NCBI GenBank assembly: GCA_045546715.1
Contig: JAZQDI010000015.1
Span: forward strand, 1 to 56,413
Direction: 5' to 3'
From: Oscillospiraceae bacterium
GTDB taxonomy: Bacteria; Bacillota; Clostridia; Oscillospirales; Oscillospiraceae
DNA: 56,413 bases
Shown here: positions 26,576-35,979 of the stretch, one piece after another
How positions within the stretch are numbered: the first letter of the stretch is position 1
Layout: each line of letters begins with the position of its first letter
Notes under the pieces: generated by a model
Databases searched by the model: none
What the model was told of the DNA's origin: nothing
What the model saw: the letters and a program-made list of their open reading frames with translations, nothing else
Made by a program: the position numbers and the translations under genes

Positions 26576-26917
26576 ATGAATCAAAGAAAGATTTCCGAGG
26601 CCAGCTTCAAAGACACCGGCTACAGCTATACGCTGTCGCTGATTGCCGGAAAATATAAGCCCATCGTGCTGTATTGCCTGATGGAATATGAGCCTGTTCG
26701 GTTTAATGAAATGCGGCGTTATATAGGCAATATCGCTGACAAGACGCTGAGCCAGACGCTCAAAGAGCTCGAGCGTGACGGACTGATTCATCGGGAGATG
26801 TTTCAGGAGATCCCGCCGAAAGTGGAATACACGTTGACAGAGCGTGGGCACACTCTCGTGCAGGCACTGGATCAGCTCTGCGTCTGGGGTGAAGCGAACA
26901 GACCGGATTCCGGCTGA
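26576..26917 (+). CDS. HxlR-family transcriptional regulator
   Basis: LIAGKYKPIVLYCL...RFNEMRR...ISDKTLSQTLKELERDGLIHRE...PPKVEYTLTERG. It is divergent from the flavoprotein pair. Confidence 0.85.
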   Translation: MNQRKISEASFKDTGYSYTLSLIAGKYKPIVLYCLMEYEPVRFNEMRRYIGNIADKTLSQTLKELERDGLIHREMFQEIPPKVEYTLTERGHTLVQALDQLCVWGEANRPDSG

Positions 26918-26989
26918 AGAGCCGCTCCGCAGCCGGCAAAAAGCGAAGCTGCCACATGGCAGCGCCGCTTTTTCATATTTAGAATCAAA

Positions 26990-28135
26990 TTACATCAGCT
27001 TACGGAACAGTGCCGTGAGGGATTCCACGTCGCAGTCCTTCGGGTTGCCGGGACGGCAGGCATCGTCATAAGCGCTCTGCGCGAGGAACGGAAGATCTTC
27101 TTCCTTGAGAGCCTCGAGCTTGGCGGGGATGCCAACATCGGCGGAGAGCTGCTTGACTGCGTTCACGGCCGCAGCGCGGTACTCCTCAACGCTCATCTCA
27201 TCGACGCCCTTGACGCCCATGGCGCGGGCGATCTCGCGGTACTTCTCACCGGTGCAGTCGGCGTTATACTCCATGACGATGGGGAGCATCATCGCACAGG
27301 CGACGCCGTGCGGCGTGTCATAGACAGCGCCCAGCGTGTGCGCCATGGAATGCGCGATGCCGAGGCCGACGTTGCTGAAGCCCATGCCCGCGATATACTG
27401 GCCGAGGGCCATGCCCTTGCGGCCTTCCTCGTCGTTTTTCAGCGCGGCACGGAGGTTCGCAGAAATAAGACGGATGGCCTCGAGGTGCATCATATCGGTC
27501 ATCTCCCATGCACCGGCTGTCGTATAGCCCTCGATGGCATGGGTTAGAGCGTCCATGCCGGTGGAGGCGGTAAGTCCCTCGGGCATGGAGTGCATCATGT
27601 CGGGATCGACGACGGCAATCTCTGGGATGTCATTCACGTCCACACAGACAAACTTGCGCTTGCGCTCAACATCCGTGATGACGTAGTTGATCGTAACCTC
27701 GGCGGCGGTGCCGGCGGTGGTGGGGACGGCGATGGTGAAAACGGCGTGGTTCTTCGTCGGTGCGACGCCCTCAAGGGAGCGGACGTCCGCGAACTCGGGG
27801 TTCCGGATGATGATGCCGACGGCCTTCGCGGTGTCCATAACGGAGCCGCCGCCCACGGCGATGATGCAGTCGCCGTCAAAGGCCTTGAAGGCTTCCACGC
27901 CGGCCTGCACATTTTCGATGGTCGGGTTCGGCTTCATGTCGGTGAAGAACGTGTAGGCAATGCCTTTCGCGTCCAGCACGTCGGTGATCTTCTTGATCTC
28001 GCCGGACTTCACGACGTGGCGGCCGGAGGCGATGAACGCGCGCTTGTAGCCGCGGGCTTCGAGCTCATTGCCGATTTCCGCGACGGCACCGGAGCCGTGA
28101 TAAGAAATGGTGTTCAGTACGATGCGATTTGCCAT
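26990..28135 (-). CDS. Iron-containing alcohol dehydrogenase (lactaldehyde/propanediol oxidoreductase-like)
   Basis: The GGGSVMDTAKA motif and metal-binding His residues (HAIEG, HSMAHTLG) are present. 381 aa. Confidence 0.88.
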   Translation of the reverse strand: MANRIVLNTISYHGSGAVAEIGNELEARGYKRAFIASGRHVVKSGEIKKITDVLDAKGIAYTFFTDMKPNPTIENVQAGVEAFKAFDGDCIIAVGGGSVMDTAKAVGIIIRNPEFADVRSLEGVAPTKNHAVFTIAVPTTAGTAAEVTINYVITDVERKRKFVCVDVNDIPEIAVVDPDMMHSMPEGLTASTGMDALTHAIEGYTTAGAWEMTDMMHLEAIRLISANLRAALKNDEEGRKGMALGQYIAGMGFSNVGLGIAHSMAHTLGAVYDTPHGVACAMMLPIVMEYNADCTGEKYREIARAMGVKGVDEMSVEEYRAAAVNAVKQLSADVGIPAKLEALKEEDLPFLAQSAYDDACRPGNPKDCDVESLTALFRKLM

Positions 28136-28300
28136 GATGAAAGCCTCTTTTCGTTAAATGTTTGTCATGGTTATTTTATATCACAGGCTGATGCCCAATT
28201 CATGAAAGAAGTGTTAATTATTTCAGTGTATACCAGCTGGTCTTCCTCAATTCTGTCTTGTATGGTATGATAACAGCGAGACTTCCAGGAGGGTTTTTCT

Positions 28301-29254
28301 ATGATCAGAATCAAAAAACAGTTCTCTTTGATGATTGCAGTGCTCATATTGAGTACCTCACTGATTGCCTGCGGCAGCAGCGGCGCAGGAACCCCTGTGC
28401 CCGCTGCGGCATCGCCGATCATCACAGGCGATGCCAGAATCAGCTATCTCGGACCGGAGGGAACCTATACGGAGGAGGCTGCCCGATTTTTCTTTGAAAC
28501 CGGAACGTTTCAGCCGAAAGAAACTGTTGACAGCGCCATTGCGGACGTCACGGCCGGAAATGCAGATTACGCAGTCATTCCGCAGGAAAACACCCTAGGC
28601 GGAGCCGTTACGAATTATCTGGACGCACTGCTCGCAGAAGAGAATATCAGCGTCGTGGGCGAGATCATTCTGCCGATCAGCCAGACACTGATGGGTGTGC
28701 CCGGCGCCGCTGTCGGCGACATCCAAACCGTTTGCTCTCACGCGCAGGGCATTGCGCAGAGCGCTGAGTGGCGAAAGGAGCATCTGCCGAACGCCGTCAC
28801 AGAAGAAATGTCAAGCACTGCTGCCGCAGCCAGCTATGTTGCAGAAGCCGGAGACAGAACCATTGCCGCGATTGCAGCGCCCGGAGCGGCAGAGCTTTAC
28901 GGGCTGACGGTGCTGGCCGAGAACGTGCAGATTACGGATGCAAACAAAACACGGTTTTACGTTTTGTCCGCTTCGACGCCGAACGCACAGATTGAGTCGC
29001 AGACACACGCCGTATTTGCAGTCACCTGTGAAGCCAGCCGCATTGACGATATGATCGTGGAGATTCACAGCAGCGGCGCGGAGCTTGTTGCCATTCACGA
29101 CCGACCGGAGGGCAGCAAACTGGGTGCCTATCACTATGTCATTGAGGTAGAGAATGTCTCCGACAAGCTCATCGAAAAGCTCGGAAAAATGGACGGCGTG
29201 CGATATCTGGGATGCTTCCCTGTAGTGGAGAAGCAGAACTGCCAGCAGCCGTAA
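28301..29254 (+). CDS. Prephenate dehydratase domain + ACT-like domain protein with N-terminal lipoprotein signal peptide
   Basis: Lipobox LIAC-G follows a hydrophobic h-region. The PDT core is ISYLGPEGTYTEEAA...IPQENTLGGAV...TRFYVL, and the ACT-like tail is HDRPEGSKLGAYHYVIEV. Confidence 0.75.
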   Translation: MIRIKKQFSLMIAVLILSTSLIACGSSGAGTPVPAAASPIITGDARISYLGPEGTYTEEAARFFFETGTFQPKETVDSAIADVTAGNADYAVIPQENTLGGAVTNYLDALLAEENISVVGEIILPISQTLMGVPGAAVGDIQTVCSHAQGIAQSAEWRKEHLPNAVTEEMSSTAAAASYVAEAGDRTIAAIAAPGAAELYGLTVLAENVQITDANKTRFYVLSASTPNAQIESQTHAVFAVTCEASRIDDMIVEIHSSGAELVAIHDRPEGSKLGAYHYVIEVENVSDKLIEKLGKMDGVRYLGCFPVVEKQNCQQP

Positions 29255-29330
29255 CTGCAGATTCGGAAAAACCAGAAAGACAGAAGACAAATGAGCATTG
29301 GTTGAACACCAATTTTATTATAGACGATTA

Positions 29331-29367
29331 AAGCTGCTGTTCCGAATCCGTCCGGAACAGCAGCTTT
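29331..29367. terminator. Bidirectional terminator
   Basis: aaagctgctgttccg-aatccgt-ccggaacagcagctttt. Confidence 0.75.
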
Positions 29368-29434
29368 TATGATTTTGAGGAAGCGCTATGGTTTTTCTGC
29401 AGATCCTGATGAAGTATGGCGCCGATTTGCATTA

Positions 29435-30568
29435 TCAGCCTGCGAGTCTGGCCGCAAGAGCTGCAATCTGCACCTCGGTCATGCCGGCATTCAGCAGGAA
29501 AGTCTCGGCGCCGGATTTGAGATCAGCGGTCGTAACATCCGTCCCCTCCCCTGCAACGACCTGAATCATGGGATTGAGCACATGCTCGACAATGACGTCA
29601 TAACGGGAGATGTCACTTTCTCTGGTAATGCCATAGTAGTTGTCATAGGTAATCATATAGTCCGCGACGATCTCTCCGTAGCTCGCGCCGCAGAGCGCTT
29701 CAAGCAGGAGGCAGACGAAGCCCGTACGGTCCTTGCCCTCGGTGCAGTGGACGAGATAGGGACCGTCGCGCCCGGAGAGGGCGACAAGCCCGCCTGCAAG
29801 CTTCTGCTGAAACTCCGGCGAAGAGAAATTCATATTCAGCGCGAGCGGGATAACGTTCCCGGACTCATAGAGCGCTCGGACGTAAGGCGTATCAAAGCTC
29901 TCATCAGCAAGATAGCCCTCGATCTTCTCATCGTTGTCCGCGAGGTTCAGGATACACTGCACGCCCGCAGTCTCGATCAGATTATTGACATACACAGCGC
30001 GGTTGTGCTGATTGTCGCAGGGAGAGGCGGAGCGATAGAGCGTATTCGCAGCCAAACCCGAGACGGAGACGGCGCGGAAGTTTGCAAAGATCTCATCGCT
30101 GTCATAATCCTCGCGCGCATCGGTATAGTGAATGTCGCGCGCATTCTGAATATCCAGATACTTGCCGCGCTCGCGCAGCGTGACGGTCGCAGTGTCGTCC
30201 TCGCTCAGACCGGCAATCTCCCAGAGATCGTCTCCGTTGTTAATACAGGCTTTAATGTAATCATAGCCCGGATATGCCACGAGAAGACTCTCGCCGTTTT
30301 CCGTGTAGTAGCCGTTATAGTAAGGCTGATCGGTGAGCGCATAACCGTTGGAGAAGACAATATCCACGCTGTCGCCATACTGATAGCCGAGGGAATTGAA
30401 ATCGTCAATTCCGGAGGTGATATAAACGCCGCCGAACTCCGGCTCATGGATGAGCGCGCAGTCGGTGAGGTCTCTGGTCTTTGTCTTCCCACAAGCTGCA
30501 AGAAACGTCGCGCCGCAGAGCAGGCAAAGAACCAGCAGCAGGGAGATTGGTTTTCTCAATTGCTTCAT
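29435..30568 (-). CDS. Tyrosine-phosphatase-family (CX5R) lipoprotein
   Basis: Lipobox LAAC-G, and P-loop HCTEGKDRTG (CX5R). Confidence 0.75.
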   Translation of the reverse strand: MKQLRKPISLLLVLCLLCGATFLAACGKTKTRDLTDCALIHEPEFGGVYITSGIDDFNSLGYQYGDSVDIVFSNGYALTDQPYYNGYYTENGESLLVAYPGYDYIKACINNGDDLWEIAGLSEDDTATVTLRERGKYLDIQNARDIHYTDAREDYDSDEIFANFRAVSVSGLAANTLYRSASPCDNQHNRAVYVNNLIETAGVQCILNLADNDEKIEGYLADESFDTPYVRALYESGNVIPLALNMNFSSPEFQQKLAGGLVALSGRDGPYLVHCTEGKDRTGFVCLLLEALCGASYGEIVADYMITYDNYYGITRESDISRYDVIVEHVLNPMIQVVAGEGTDVTTADLKSGAETFLLNAGMTEVQIAALAARLAG

Positions 30569-30570
30569 GG

Positions 30571-31885
30571 TCAGTTCTCCTTTCCGTTCTCAATGAACCG
30601 CATCAGAATCATCGCGGCCTCTGCGCGCTTGGCGCTGCCCTTCGGGGAGAGCGTGGTCTCCGTGCGGCCGAGAATCAGCCCCTCCGCATTGGCCCAGCGC
30701 ATGGCATCGCGCGCCCAGGAGCTGAGGTCTGCCGCATCCTGATAAGCAGAGAGCTCGGCGGTTTTGGAGACATCTAAGCCCTGCTTCTTCGCATACCGCT
30801 GCAGCATTGCCGCGAACTGCTCGCGCATTGGCAGCGGGAAGGTCATCGTCTTCGAGGCGCTTCCGCCGCCGTAGTCGAAGTCGGCCTGAACAACAGGGCT
30901 GTCCACACCAACGAGGGTGTTGTTCGTGATGGTGGTGCTCACATAGTGCTTGCCGCCGATGAGGGTATTCGATGCGGAAAAAGAGATGTCGGCCGCCTGA
31001 ACTGCAGCGGAATTTACCACCTCGCCCGCGTCACCATCATATCGGTAGCTCGGCGTAACATCCGCTGTGATCTCGTGCTCCTTATTCAGCTTCCAGCCGG
31101 GATTGGGACGAACCCGAACATGCTCCACACGCACATCGCCGGGATAGAGCACCGCTCCGCCATGGAAATACTCCTCATAGTCCTGATCATCGACAACCTC
31201 CGTGAGCTTGACGCCGTTTTCATCGCGGAAGACATATGGGATCAGATGCTCAACGCCGTAGCCGCAGTTTTTCACCGTGAGATAGAGATCGATATACGGC
31301 GCGTTGTTCTTCACGAGATAGTCCGGGATCTGCACGTCCGAGACCACAAGTCCCCTGCTGCCGTTCTGCCGCCACATCTTGGTAACGGCGGACGGAGATT
31401 CGCCGTCCGGTGTGGTATAGGCAACGGCGAGTCCATTCGATTTAGCGGAGTTGGCGTTGAACGCAGCGGTGAAGCTGCTGACGACCTCTCCGTCTGCAAA
31501 GCAGAAGGTCAGCGGCCCGTGGAGGCTGCAGGATTTCTTTCCGGTTTCCCGGTCCCGCGTGACCGCGAGCGTGTGGATCTGGACGCGGTTTCCGGCCTTG
31601 GCGGCAGTTCCCGCCTCAACATTCACATCATAGTCCTCTATGACGCCGATGAGATAGATGGCGGCACGGTCAAAGTCCGTGACCATGGCATAGCGGTTAT
31701 CGGCAGAGACAACGCCGGAGCCGCCCGATACCTTTTCCGCCGTCCATTCATAGTCAGTGCCATCACTGCTCTTTGCGACTTTGTTCATCCAGTAAACACT
31801 GTCGCCCGCGATGGAGCGTATGCGGCAGAAGGATGCTTGACAGCATCAGCACAGCAAGAAACAGACTGACAGCTCTCTTCCGCAT
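30571..31885 (-). pseudogene. SLH-domain surface protein whose signal peptide is out of frame with the body (frameshift between 31766 and 31845)
   Basis: The signal peptide MRKRAVSLFLAVLMLSSILLP starts at 31885 in one frame. The 405-aa body ends with an SLH module (WARDAMRWANAEGLILG...SPKGSAKRAEAAMILMRF) in another frame. Confidence 0.6.
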
Positions 31886-32179
31886 GGCTTCTTGCTCTTT
31901 TCGTATTTGTACTGTTTTTACAATTTTTATCATATCACATCTGATGCACAAAACAAACACAAATTGTCATTCTAGTATAAAAAGACACCAAAAAGGCTGT
32001 TAATATGTGTTTGTTTCCATGATTTCTCAGAATATCGTTTCGTCAAATGCAGACAATAACAGCACTGCATGGCGGCCCGCGCTGTGCGGGCCGCATTTTC
32101 GCGCTCCGTATGGTCAGGGACGAACACGCAGAACACTGTCCACGGGAGAATCCCGAATCATGCAAAGGAGATGCACAAA

Positions 32180-32377
32180 ATGGCTAAAACCAGCAACAAG
32201 CTCGTGAACCCCAACGCCCGCGAGGCCATGAACCGCTTCAAGATGGAAGCCGCCAACGAGGTTGGCGTGAATCTGAAGCAGGGCTACAACGGCGACCTGA
32301 CCTCCAAGCAGGCCGGCAGCGTCGGCGGCCAGATGGTCAAGAAGATGATTCAGGCCTACGAGAACGGCATGCAGTAA
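32180..32377 (+). CDS. Alpha/beta-type small acid-soluble spore protein
   Basis: MAKTSNKLVNPNAREAMNRFKMEAANEVGV...GDLTSKQAGSVGGQMVKKMI is a canonical SASP. AAAGGAG lies 9 nt upstream. Confidence 0.9.
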   Translation: MAKTSNKLVNPNAREAMNRFKMEAANEVGVNLKQGYNGDLTSKQAGSVGGQMVKKMIQAYENGMQ

Positions 32378-32394
32378 TCATCTGCGGCACCTGA

Positions 32395-32428
32395 GAAAGG
32401 ACAGTCTCTCCGGAGACTGTCTTTTCAC
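32395..32428 (+). terminator. Rho-independent terminator after the SASP gene
   Basis: aggacagtctc-tccg-gagactgtcttt followed by TC. Confidence 0.7.
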
Positions 32429-32515
32429 ATTTACAGGATAAAATGTAGTTGCCAAGACAATAAAATTGCGGTAAAATGAAAGTTGAACAAATATTGAAAC
32501 AGGAAGGTGTTACCC

Positions 32516-33439
32516 ATGAATGTCATGTCCTATCGCTTCCCCTCTGCAACGGGCGTCTGTGATATCGCCACCAACGCCTATACTCCCGACAGCGGCGTTT
32601 TTGACACGGTTCTGGTCATCCACCACGGTATGGCTGAGCATCAGGAGCGCTATCTGGGCTTCATTGACTATCTCTGCCGCAACGGTATTGCTGTGTATAT
32701 GCACGACATGGCAAACCACGGCAAGTCCAACACGGACTATGCTCTCACCGGATGGTTTGGCGAGAAGGACGGCTGGAAGGGTCTGATTCAGGACTTCCGC
32801 CGCAATGTGCAGTTTGCCATGGAGCAGAACCCCGGCAAGAAGTTCGTGGTCATGGGACACTCCATGGGCTCCTTCATCTGCCGCTGCTATACCTCCATGT
32901 ATCCGAACGACGGTTTCTCCGGCGCGATCTACATGGGCACTGGCGGTCCCAACCCCATTGCCGGTATGGGCAAGGCTGTGGCCAGCATGATGGGCGGCGT
33001 GCAGGGCAAGAAGCACAAGAGCAAGACGCTCGACAAGATGACCTTTGGCTCCTACGGCAAGAAGTTTGAAGGCCGCACCAACTTTGACTGGCTGACCCGC
33101 GACAAGGCGATCGTGGACAAGTACATCGCCGACCCCTACTGTGGCTTCCTCTTCACCATTCAGGGCATGCACGATCTGGTTGATCTGAACGTGGCTGCCA
33201 ACACCGACGAGTGGTATGCCGGCATCCCCGCCGACGCGAAGATTCTCCTCACCAGCGGTGCGATGGATCCCGTGGGCGAATATTCCAAGGGCATCAACAC
33301 CATTTACAAGGGACTGCTTTCCACCGGTCACACGCAGGTGACGCTGAAGCTTTATCCCGACTGCCGTCACGAGATTCTCAATGAGCTCAACCGTGACGAG
33401 GTCATGGCTGACATTCTCGGCTGGATCAAGGCAGTGTAA
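32516..33439 (+). CDS. Alpha/beta hydrolase (lysophospholipase/monoacylglycerol-lipase-like)
   Basis: Nucleophile elbow GHSMGS, and a C-terminal His in CRHEILNE. Confidence 0.75.
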   Translation: MNVMSYRFPSATGVCDIATNAYTPDSGVFDTVLVIHHGMAEHQERYLGFIDYLCRNGIAVYMHDMANHGKSNTDYALTGWFGEKDGWKGLIQDFRRNVQFAMEQNPGKKFVVMGHSMGSFICRCYTSMYPNDGFSGAIYMGTGGPNPIAGMGKAVASMMGGVQGKKHKSKTLDKMTFGSYGKKFEGRTNFDWLTRDKAIVDKYIADPYCGFLFTIQGMHDLVDLNVAANTDEWYAGIPADAKILLTSGAMDPVGEYSKGINTIYKGLLSTGHTQVTLKLYPDCRHEILNELNRDEVMADILGWIKAV

Positions 33440-33528
33440 TTCCTATTATAACCGCTTATACTGCAAAGCTCCCTGCCCATACTGGCAGGGAGCTTTGCTC
33501 GTTTTATACCGCACTATATGTCGAGGAA

Positions 33529-34878
33529 TCAGGGCCCATTGGTGTTCTTTGTGCATCCGTCCAGCAGTCCGAGAACAGCCCAAAACAGAGAGGCCGGGAT
33601 AAATACACTGATGTTGAAGCCTGCCTGAATCACATAGGCCAATACCGCCGCGCCCAGAATGGCCGACGCAGGACGCTCGCGGGCAGATCGAAGCCACATC
33701 CAAAGCGCTGCGGAGAGTGCAGCTAAATTCGCCATCAGGGCAAGCAGTCCCTGATGATAGAGCACATTCAGATACTCACAGTGCGCCGTATCAATCCCGG
33801 CCTGAAGCATCACGCCAAGTTCTTCATCAAAGCGACGGAACGGTTCAATGCCCGCCATCGAAAGAGTATCCGGTCCTGTTCCGAACAGCAGATGCTCAGG
33901 GACTCTCCGCAACACCTCGCGCCAAATATAGACTCTGCCGGAATCAATCTCCCGCGGCAGCTGGCCATGGAGCAGCGCATGCAGCGCGTGAAAAGGGCCG
34001 CCAAAATCGAACAAGCAGATTGCCAAGAGCGCAAGAAACGCCGCAAGCATGAGCGCCAGCGCGATCTGCCTCCGAGTTTTTTTCTCCGCAGGAAATACAA
34101 TCGGAAGCGCAATCACAAATCCGACTGCGACGCCAACCACGCAGGACAGAACCCACATACGCGCCGCAACATAGAGTCCAAGCAGAAGCGGGATCAGATA
34201 TGCGAAACGCCACCTGGTTTTCATCCGCATCAGGGACACCCAAAGAATCGGCAGTACCAGGCAAAAATAGGCGCCAAGAAAATCCGCATTTCCGATCGTA
34301 CCAAGATAAACACCGGAATAAGACTGATTTGCATCAAAATAATTCATGCCTGCCGTATAGAGGTGCAGCGGGTTTCCGCCGCGCAGCTGAAGAATACAGA
34401 TCACACATTGAGCTGTAACCGTGATCGCAAGCAGATGAACCATCCACGCTTTCGGGCGCCCGTGCATCGAGATCAACAGACAGCTGAGGATATAAAGCCC
34501 AATGGTCAGCGCTCCCTCTTTTCTGCTGCCGCCGAGCCAAGCTTCAGTCGGATACTGCGACAATGCCGCTGAGGTCAGTGTAAAAAGCAAAAACAATACC
34601 AGAAAGCGCTGCATCCAGGAGCTGTTATTTACAGCGTTGAGAATCCGGGACACGCTGCACTCCCCGCGCAGCAATTCCACCAGATGGAGAAGGATTACAG
34701 CCCCTGTGTAGCCGGCACTGAGGAATAGAAACACAGGCCATTTCGCATTGCTCAGCTCCATATACCCAGCTTCTGACACAGTGAAGACCAGCGCGGTCAT
34801 CAGCAGAGCGAAGTATATGTCTGTCAGATACTCCTGAGCAGAACGAAAATTCAAACGAGTCATCATATCAAATCTCAC
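33529..34878 (-). CDS. O-antigen ligase/polymerase (Wzy_C) family membrane protein
   Basis: A polytopic protein of about 11-12 TM segments with an extracytoplasmic loop containing the H-rich HALHALLHG region. Confidence 0.6.
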   Translation of the reverse strand: MRFDMMTRLNFRSAQEYLTDIYFALLMTALVFTVSEAGYMELSNAKWPVFLFLSAGYTGAVILLHLVELLRGECSVSRILNAVNNSSWMQRFLVLFLLFTLTSAALSQYPTEAWLGGSRKEGALTIGLYILSCLLISMHGRPKAWMVHLLAITVTAQCVICILQLRGGNPLHLYTAGMNYFDANQSYSGVYLGTIGNADFLGAYFCLVLPILWVSLMRMKTRWRFAYLIPLLLGLYVAARMWVLSCVVGVAVGFVIALPIVFPAEKKTRRQIALALMLAAFLALLAICLFDFGGPFHALHALLHGQLPREIDSGRVYIWREVLRRVPEHLLFGTGPDTLSMAGIEPFRRFDEELGVMLQAGIDTAHCEYLNVLYHQGLLALMANLAALSAALWMWLRSARERPASAILGAAVLAYVIQAGFNISVFIPASLFWAVLGLLDGCTKNTNGP

Positions 34879-34997
34879 TTGTAAACAAAAAACTCCCGCC
34901 TTTTTGACGGAGCATCGTTCCAGTGCTGAACCAAACTCAAAAAGCAGGAAAAAAGCTATTTGATTTTATCATTTGGAGTCATGAGCGTCAATAACAT

Positions 34998-35040
34998 CAT
35001 AAAACCGTGATCTGCGCTCTGCAGATCACGGTTTTATGAT
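34998..35040. terminator. Bidirectional terminator
   Basis: ataaaaccgtgatctgc-gctc-tgcagatcacggttttat. Confidence 0.75.
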
Positions 35041-35049
35041 TCATAATTA

Positions 35050-35793
35050 TCAGGCGCGGGTATATTCCACACGAGACTCGAACTGGACAGGTGTATCCAG
35101 CGTGTCGCGGACCGTAGTATTGTCCTGATACACCTGATTGCCATAGAACGTGCCGGTGATGGCAGAAGCAGTTAGCGTCTCACCGTCATATTCATTGCTG
35201 TAGTCACGCTCAAAAACCACATCGCCGTTGCCGGCGGTCTTGACAGCATGAATCGGATCGCCGTTTTCATTGAGTTCGAACACGACCTGATAAACAACGA
35301 CAGGCGCTTCCATCTCCTCGGTCTGATAATACAGGCGCGTCACCTTCATATCACCGTTTTCGTCATAACCAAAGGCAAGATAGGTCGGCTGAACGAGCAG
35401 CGCATCAGAGTCGCTGAGCATACGGTAATAGACCTGTCTGCACTCGGTGGTGCTGACGTCTTCCATCTCAGCAAGATCACCGAGATCGATCGCGCGAGAC
35501 GCATCTGTATCACGATACTCTTCATAGTAGTGATACTCATCGGAAACGTCGCCCTCGCTGCTGAGCAAACGGCCCTGATCATCATACTGCTCAATCACAG
35601 TGAGCTGATCATTTTCATAGTATCGAGCCTCGCAGGCTACGTCCGCAGGGTTGATGACAGAAGCGCCATCGTCCACAACGTCTGCCTCTGCCGATCCCTC
35701 GGCGCTGCCGTTGGCCGCGTTCTGAGAGCCGCAGGCAGCAAAGAGAAATACCGCAGCCATGAGCAGACAAAGCAAAGCTGAAATCTTTTTCAT
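35050..35793 (-). CDS. Lipoprotein of unknown function
   Basis: MKKISALLCLLMAAVFLFAAC-G lipobox. An acidic, Tyr-rich body with no recognised catalytic motif. Confidence 0.55.
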   Translation of the reverse strand: MKKISALLCLLMAAVFLFAACGSQNAANGSAEGSAEADVVDDGASVINPADVACEARYYENDQLTVIEQYDDQGRLLSSEGDVSDEYHYYEEYRDTDASRAIDLGDLAEMEDVSTTECRQVYYRMLSDSDALLVQPTYLAFGYDENGDMKVTRLYYQTEEMEAPVVVYQVVFELNENGDPIHAVKTAGNGDVVFERDYSNEYDGETLTASAITGTFYGNQVYQDNTTVRDTLDTPVQFESRVEYTRA

Positions 35794-35936
35794 AATGTAC
35801 TCCTTTTCCAACAGAATTACCGGATTTTTTCCTAATTGGTTCACATAATATTACCGCAACCGACGTGGGATGTCAAGTCCCGGCAGAAAGATCGACGCAG
35901 GAACTGCAATTATGTTCCGCAGGAACAGAAAAGCAG

Positions 35937-35962
35937 CAGGCCGCCGGATATCCGGCGGCCTG
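35937..35962 (-). terminator. GC hairpin terminator (copy 1 of a reused hairpin)
   Basis: caggccgccgga-ta-tccggcggcctg downstream of the stop at 35980. Confidence 0.6.
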
Positions 35963-35979
35963 TTTGGCTGTATGCGTGT

